From an uncultured Candidatus Saccharibacteria bacterium (lineage in GTDB: Bacteria; Patescibacteriota; Minisyncoccia; Phycocordibacterales; UBA1006): DNA of 64,000 nt. Below the pieces are notes generated by a model. The model did not search any database, had not been told where the DNA came from, and saw only the letters and a list, made by a program, of their open reading frames with translations. Position 1 is the first letter of the stretch. Each line of letters starts with the position of its first letter. Made by a program: the position numbers and the translations under genes. Where the stretch lies: positions 7,299-71,298 of the forward strand of contig CAZROP010000002.1 in assembly GCA_964601935.1 (NCBI GenBank), given 5' to 3'. This document shows, one piece after another, positions 60,244 through 64,000 of this stretch.

Positions 60244-60352
60244 CCTAGTCCTTGATGTCAACTTTTCTACCTCACCTCGACCCTTGCTCACGCGGGAGAG
60301 GGTGTAAGAAAGAGCTTGCAAAATTACAAAAAATACGTAGTATGAGGGGCAT

Positions 60353-60562
60353 ATGGTAGTACGCATGCGCCACACTAGTGGTCACACAGCCAATCGTCGC
60401 AGTCATCACGCTCTTAAACAGCTTCCCCTGGTAAAAACAGAAGCTGGCACTATTCGCCGTTCACACCACATGGATCCAGTTACTGGGATGTACCGTGGTC
60501 GTGTCGTTATCGATATGGCTGCACGTGCTTTGAAGGCCCAGCAAAAACAAGCTGAAAAATAA
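60353..60562 (+). CDS. rpmF: 50S ribosomal protein L32
   Basis: 69 aa; MVVRMRHTSGHTANRRSHHAL...GMYRGRVV. Confidence 0.7.
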   Translation: MVVRMRHTSGHTANRRSHHALKQLPLVKTEAGTIRRSHHMDPVTGMYRGRVVIDMAARALKAQQKQAEK

Positions 60563-60618
60563 ACCTCGAGAAGTTTTCCACTTCTCTTTGCAGCTGTAAA
60601 ATTCCATACTAGGTATAT

Positions 60619-61518
60619 ATGTCATCACGATCCGCTGCTCGACCAGTTATAGTGTCGGTACTGTACGCCTTGGGACAAAACAAGGCATATTCTGATAACG
60701 TAGAAGATGCTCTTTCGTATGTAATATCCGAATTCGGTGAGCCAGGATTAGATACAGGCTTTGTCCATACTATTGTAGATGGAGTATTGAAAAAGCAGTC
60801 AATTCTCGATGAAATTATCGCTAAGGCTGCGCCTCGCTGGACCCATGATATGAACATGATGGACAAGGCAATTTTGCGGGCGTCAATCTATGAGCTGCTA
60901 TTCGAGTCAGCACAAACTCCTGCAAAGGTGGTAATTAGTCAGGCTGTTGCACTGGCTGACCAATATGCATCGCCCGAGAATCGACGATTTGTGAATGGTG
61001 TTCTAGGGTCTGTTTATCGAGAAATAGAAAACTCGTCTCTAGATGCTGGAGGAGCTACTACAGCATCTGTGGATGAGCCTGGCGTTACTAATGAATACAA
61101 GGTTGCTGCAGCGGTATTCTCTCGTCATGATGATAGTATCATGATCGCATTAGTACATGATATGTGGGGTTACTGGACGTTTCCAAAAGGCTCTGTTGTT
61201 GCTGGGATGACTCAGACAGAATCATGTGCATTCAAAGTTGAGGAAGAAATCGGGGTTCCTATAACGGTTGTTGAAGAAGTAGGCACTAACACCTACACTG
61301 CCCAGCATCCAGTAAAGGGTACTGTTGCCAAAAATGTTACCTATTTCGTTGCTGTGACGCAGTACGCACCGTTAACACTGACAACGAGTGGGGGACTGGA
61401 TGATGTACGCTGGTTCCCTATTGGGAAGATAGAAAAACTGCACATGTACGACGACATTACCCAGATGGTTATAAAGGCGTTACCTATTGCAATGAATTAT
61501 CCCTTTGAAACAAAATAA
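60619..61518 (+). CDS. nusB: NusB antitermination factor fused to a C-terminal Nudix-like domain
   Basis: 299 aa; N-terminal 140 aa NusB-like (RSAARPVIVSVLYAL...FVNGVL); C-terminal WTFPKGSVVAGMTQTESCAFKVEEEIGV is a degenerate Nudix box. Confidence 0.65.
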   Translation: MSSRSAARPVIVSVLYALGQNKAYSDNVEDALSYVISEFGEPGLDTGFVHTIVDGVLKKQSILDEIIAKAAPRWTHDMNMMDKAILRASIYELLFESAQTPAKVVISQAVALADQYASPENRRFVNGVLGSVYREIENSSLDAGGATTASVDEPGVTNEYKVAAAVFSRHDDSIMIALVHDMWGYWTFPKGSVVAGMTQTESCAFKVEEEIGVPITVVEEVGTNTYTAQHPVKGTVAKNVTYFVAVTQYAPLTLTTSGGLDDVRWFPIGKIEKLHMYDDITQMVIKALPIAMNYPFETK

Positions 61519-61527
61519 TATACTACT

Positions 61528-62223
61528 ATGATGGCACAATTTGATAAATTACAAAAAGACTTGAATGTGCAGTTCGAGTCGATGGACTTATTGCGAACAG
61601 CATTTACGCATCGTTCGTATATTAACGAGACAAATGACACCACTCTGGAACATAACGAGCGTATGGAATATCTGGGTGATGCCGTGATTGAGTTGATCAT
61701 TACACATTACTTGTTCGAGCGGTTTCCCGAAACTCCAGAAGGCCAGTTGACAGCATACCGTGCAGCATTGGTGCGTACGGAGTCATTATCCAAAGCGGCA
61801 CAAGATCTGGGATTTAATGAATACCTATTGTTATCAAAGGGGGAGGCGCGCGACATTGGGCGTGCACGTAATTATATTTTGGCCAATACATTCGAGGCAT
61901 TCGTGGGTGCGCTGTATCTAGATCAGGGCTATGTTGTTGCGCGAGAGTTTGTGATAGCTCAATTAGCACCGTTTATGGATATCGTGTTGGAAAAGTCACT
62001 ATGGCGTGATGCAAAATCATATGTTCAGGAGAAAGCTCAGGAGATTCTCAATGTTACCCCGACCTATGATATGGTTGATCACAAAGGTCCGGATCACGAC
62101 AAAACATTCGTAGTCGTGATCAAATTTGGTGAAGATGTTATTACGACTGGTGAGGGTCCTAGCAAGCAAGAGGCTCAACAGGAGGCAGCGCGAAAAGCGC
62201 TGGATATCATGAAGTGGCATTAA
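61528..62223 (+). CDS. rnc: ribonuclease III
   Basis: 231 aa; signature ERMEYLGDAVIEL; C-terminal dsRBD. Confidence 0.85.
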   Translation: MMAQFDKLQKDLNVQFESMDLLRTAFTHRSYINETNDTTLEHNERMEYLGDAVIELIITHYLFERFPETPEGQLTAYRAALVRTESLSKAAQDLGFNEYLLLSKGEARDIGRARNYILANTFEAFVGALYLDQGYVVAREFVIAQLAPFMDIVLEKSLWRDAKSYVQEKAQEILNVTPTYDMVDHKGPDHDKTFVVVIKFGEDVITTGEGPSKQEAQQEAARKALDIMKWH

Positions 62224-62600
62224 TCTTCTACTACTTTAATAACAAATTTATATGTCTGGACAAGAAGGGAAATTTCACCAATATGGTTTTAATGGGGTTG
62301 AGTCGTTCGTGGTGTTGCCAGTCAAAAAAGTCATTGATTATTGACACCATAGAGGCGTATCAAGAAGGAGCTCTTCGCATAGTCGAGAATATTATTACTC
62401 TTGATATCTGGTGGAATAAGTCAAAACTATGCTCTACATTTACAATTAACGATCCAGAAAGTGCTGGCGTTTCTTGGGATTCCAGGGGTATTAAGCTAGG
62501 TCATGTTTACGAAGATAATTTACCTGAATTTGAATCAGAAGAAGGGTGGAAGAGGGTTCTCCAAAGGGAAGTTGGAGAGCTTCTCGATGGATTTGCATAA
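62214..62600 (+). CDS. hypothetical protein (start uncertain)
   Basis: 128 aa ORF overlapping the rnc stop by 10 nt; no motif. Confidence 0.25.
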   Translation: MALIFYYFNNKFICLDKKGNFTNMVLMGLSRSWCCQSKKSLIIDTIEAYQEGALRIVENIITLDIWWNKSKLCSTFTINDPESAGVSWDSRGIKLGHVYEDNLPEFESEEGWKRVLQREVGELLDGFA

Positions 62601-62649
62601 TTAAGGGGTTCATTTCTAAAATAGTAAGGTCGTGTTAATATAGTACTCT

Positions 62650-64000
62650 ATGAACACCGCAGACATCCGCCAGGCATTTTTGGATCATTTTGCATCCCAC
62701 GGGCACGCTATTGTTCCATCGAGCCCTATTATTCCGCAGAACGATCCTACAACACTATTCACGGGTTCGGGAATGCAGCCCATGGTTCCATATTTACTGG
62801 GACAGCCGCATCCTATGGGAGCACGCATTTGTGATTCTCAGATTTGTTTTCGCGCAGAAGATATCGAAGAAGTGGGCGATAATCGCCACACCACATTTTT
62901 CGAAATGCTCGGTAATTGGTCATTGGGGGACTTTTTCAAAGAAGAACAAATTACAATGATGTGGGAATTTCTTACGAAAAAAGTAGGAATTGATGCTTCT
63001 CGTCTCTACTTTACGTGTTTCGAGGGTTCTCCGGATATTGGAATACCTCGTGATGAATTTTCTGCAGGCAAGTGGGTAGAGTTATTTGCTGGCGTGGGTA
63101 TTGATGCGAAAGCTTATGCAGATAATCCAACAGGGTTAGATATTTCAGAGCTAATCCCTCAGGGCTACCGTGTTTTTTTCTACCCTGAACGCAAGAACTG
63201 GTGGAGTCGCGCAGGCGTACCAGGCAATATGCCTATCGGTGAGCCGGGCGGTCCTGATACAGAAATGTTTTATGATTTTGAACCGGAAGAATCGATGCGG
63301 GTATTACATAAAAGTTCACAATGGGCAGATGAACCTTGTCATCTCAATTGTGATTGCGGTCGGTTTGTCGAAATTGGGAATAACGTATTCATGCAGTATG
63401 TTCGCCGCGAAACCGGATTTGAAGAGCTACCACAGCGTAACGTTGATTTTGGTGGAGGGCTCGAACGTATCGCAATGGCTGTGAATAATGACCCGGATGT
63501 CTTCATGATTGATGTGTTTAATAATGCACGCAGCACGCTAGAGAGATTATCCGAGGATCATAAATATACTGATGTGAAGGGCAAAGGGCCTTCAATTGCT
63601 ATGCGTATAATATTAGATCATTTACGAGGTGCTACATTTCTAATTGCTGATGGTGTAGTTCCTGCTGCGAAGGACCAGGGATATTTCACTCGTCGTTTAA
63701 TTCGGCGCGCTGTTCGATTTGCGCGTGATTTGGGTATTACACAAAACTTTTGTGCACTGATAGCGGATTCTTATATTCAAACATACCAGTCGCATTATAC
63801 TCACTTGGCAGATAATCGTGCAAATATCTTGAGCGTCTTAGCTCATGAGGAGGCAAAGTTTCGAGAGACTCTGGATAATGGCTTAAAAGAGCTTACTAAA
63901 AAACTAAATTCTCTTGGTCGAGTCCCTGATTCGTCTATTAACGCTATGCGTACTATAGATTCACATTTTGTAGCTGATCTGTATACCACCTATGGGTTTC
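62650..64000 (+). CDS. alaS: alanyl-tRNA synthetase, N-terminal catalytic part (runs off the window)
   Basis: hand-translated open frame with no stop to the window edge; TTLFTGSGM, FRAEDIEEVGDNRHTTFFEMLGNWSLGDF, FGGGLERI. Confidence 0.85.
   Translation, partial: MNTADIRQAFLDHFASHGHAIVPSSPIIPQNDPTTLFTGSGMQPMVPYLLGQPHPMGARICDSQICFRAEDIEEVGDNRHTTFFEMLGNWSLGDFFKEEQITMMWEFLTKKVGIDASRLYFTCFEGSPDIGIPRDEFSAGKWVELFAGVGIDAKAYADNPTGLDISELIPQGYRVFFYPERKNWWSRAGVPGNMPIGEPGGPDTEMFYDFEPEESMRVLHKSSQWADEPCHLNCDCGRFVEIGNNVFMQYVRRETGFEELPQRNVDFGGGLERIAMAVNNDPDVFMIDVFNNARSTLERLSEDHKYTDVKGKGPSIAMRIILDHLRGATFLIADGVVPAAKDQGYFTRRLIRRAVRFARDLGITQNFCALIADSYIQTYQSHYTHLADNRANILSVLAHEEAKFRETLDNGLKELTKKLNSLGRVPDSSINAMRTIDSHFVADLYTTYGF

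Overview
This 64-kb window reads as a compact, gene-dense bacterial chromosome segment. It is mostly + strand, with frequent 4–8 nt gene overlaps and no rRNA; I make no taxon call, though the gene set fits a small-genome lineage.

The housekeeping genes I can support are:
- ruvX, gltX, pth, rpsA, rplU, alr, greA, lysS
- a division/cell-wall cluster mraZ–rsmH–ftsL–ftsI with an ftsB-like gene
- a second class-B PBP
- metG (short form), tatD, an FKBP, rpsT, lepA, mltG, a SulP permease
- a complete F1F0 ATP synthase operon, atpBEFHAGDC
- mnmA, trhO, an nth-like gene, rpmF, a nusB fusion, rnc, and the 5' part of alaS

I found three tRNAs: Gln-CTG on the – strand, Arg-CCT, and Ile-GAT immediately upstream of atpB.

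The main result is a visibly AT-richer accessory segment between about 12.7 and 22.8 kb. It ends at a large serine recombinase whose 3' end overlaps the 3' end of tRNA-Gln, which is the signature of an integrated island. The island carries:
- a four-gene – strand operon with a secreted staphylococcal-nuclease-like enzyme
- several small hypothetical proteins and a 10-C homopolymer
- a tight + strand operon of a Zn-ribbon protein, two paralogous proteins each with a C-terminal Rx4HG HEPN motif, and a RelA/SpoT-type (toxSAS-like) nucleotidyltransferase fused to a C-terminal Cys4 element

I propose that operon as a candidate, apparently undescribed toxin-antitoxin or defence module: a HEPN pair plus an RSH-fold NTase.

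Other points worth a second look are a GTGGGG operator array with 10-bp periodicity at the mraZ promoter, a two-copy 50-bp intergenic repeat with flanking inverted repeats, SD/anti-SD-like hairpins between rpsA and rplU, a NusB–Nudix fusion, two stand-alone tRNA-binding-domain proteins alongside a C-terminally short MetRS, a miniature PPase, and a short ATP synthase delta subunit.

Coordinates for features not taken from the ORF track (tRNAs, hairpins, repeats) were counted by hand and may be off by 1–2 nt.
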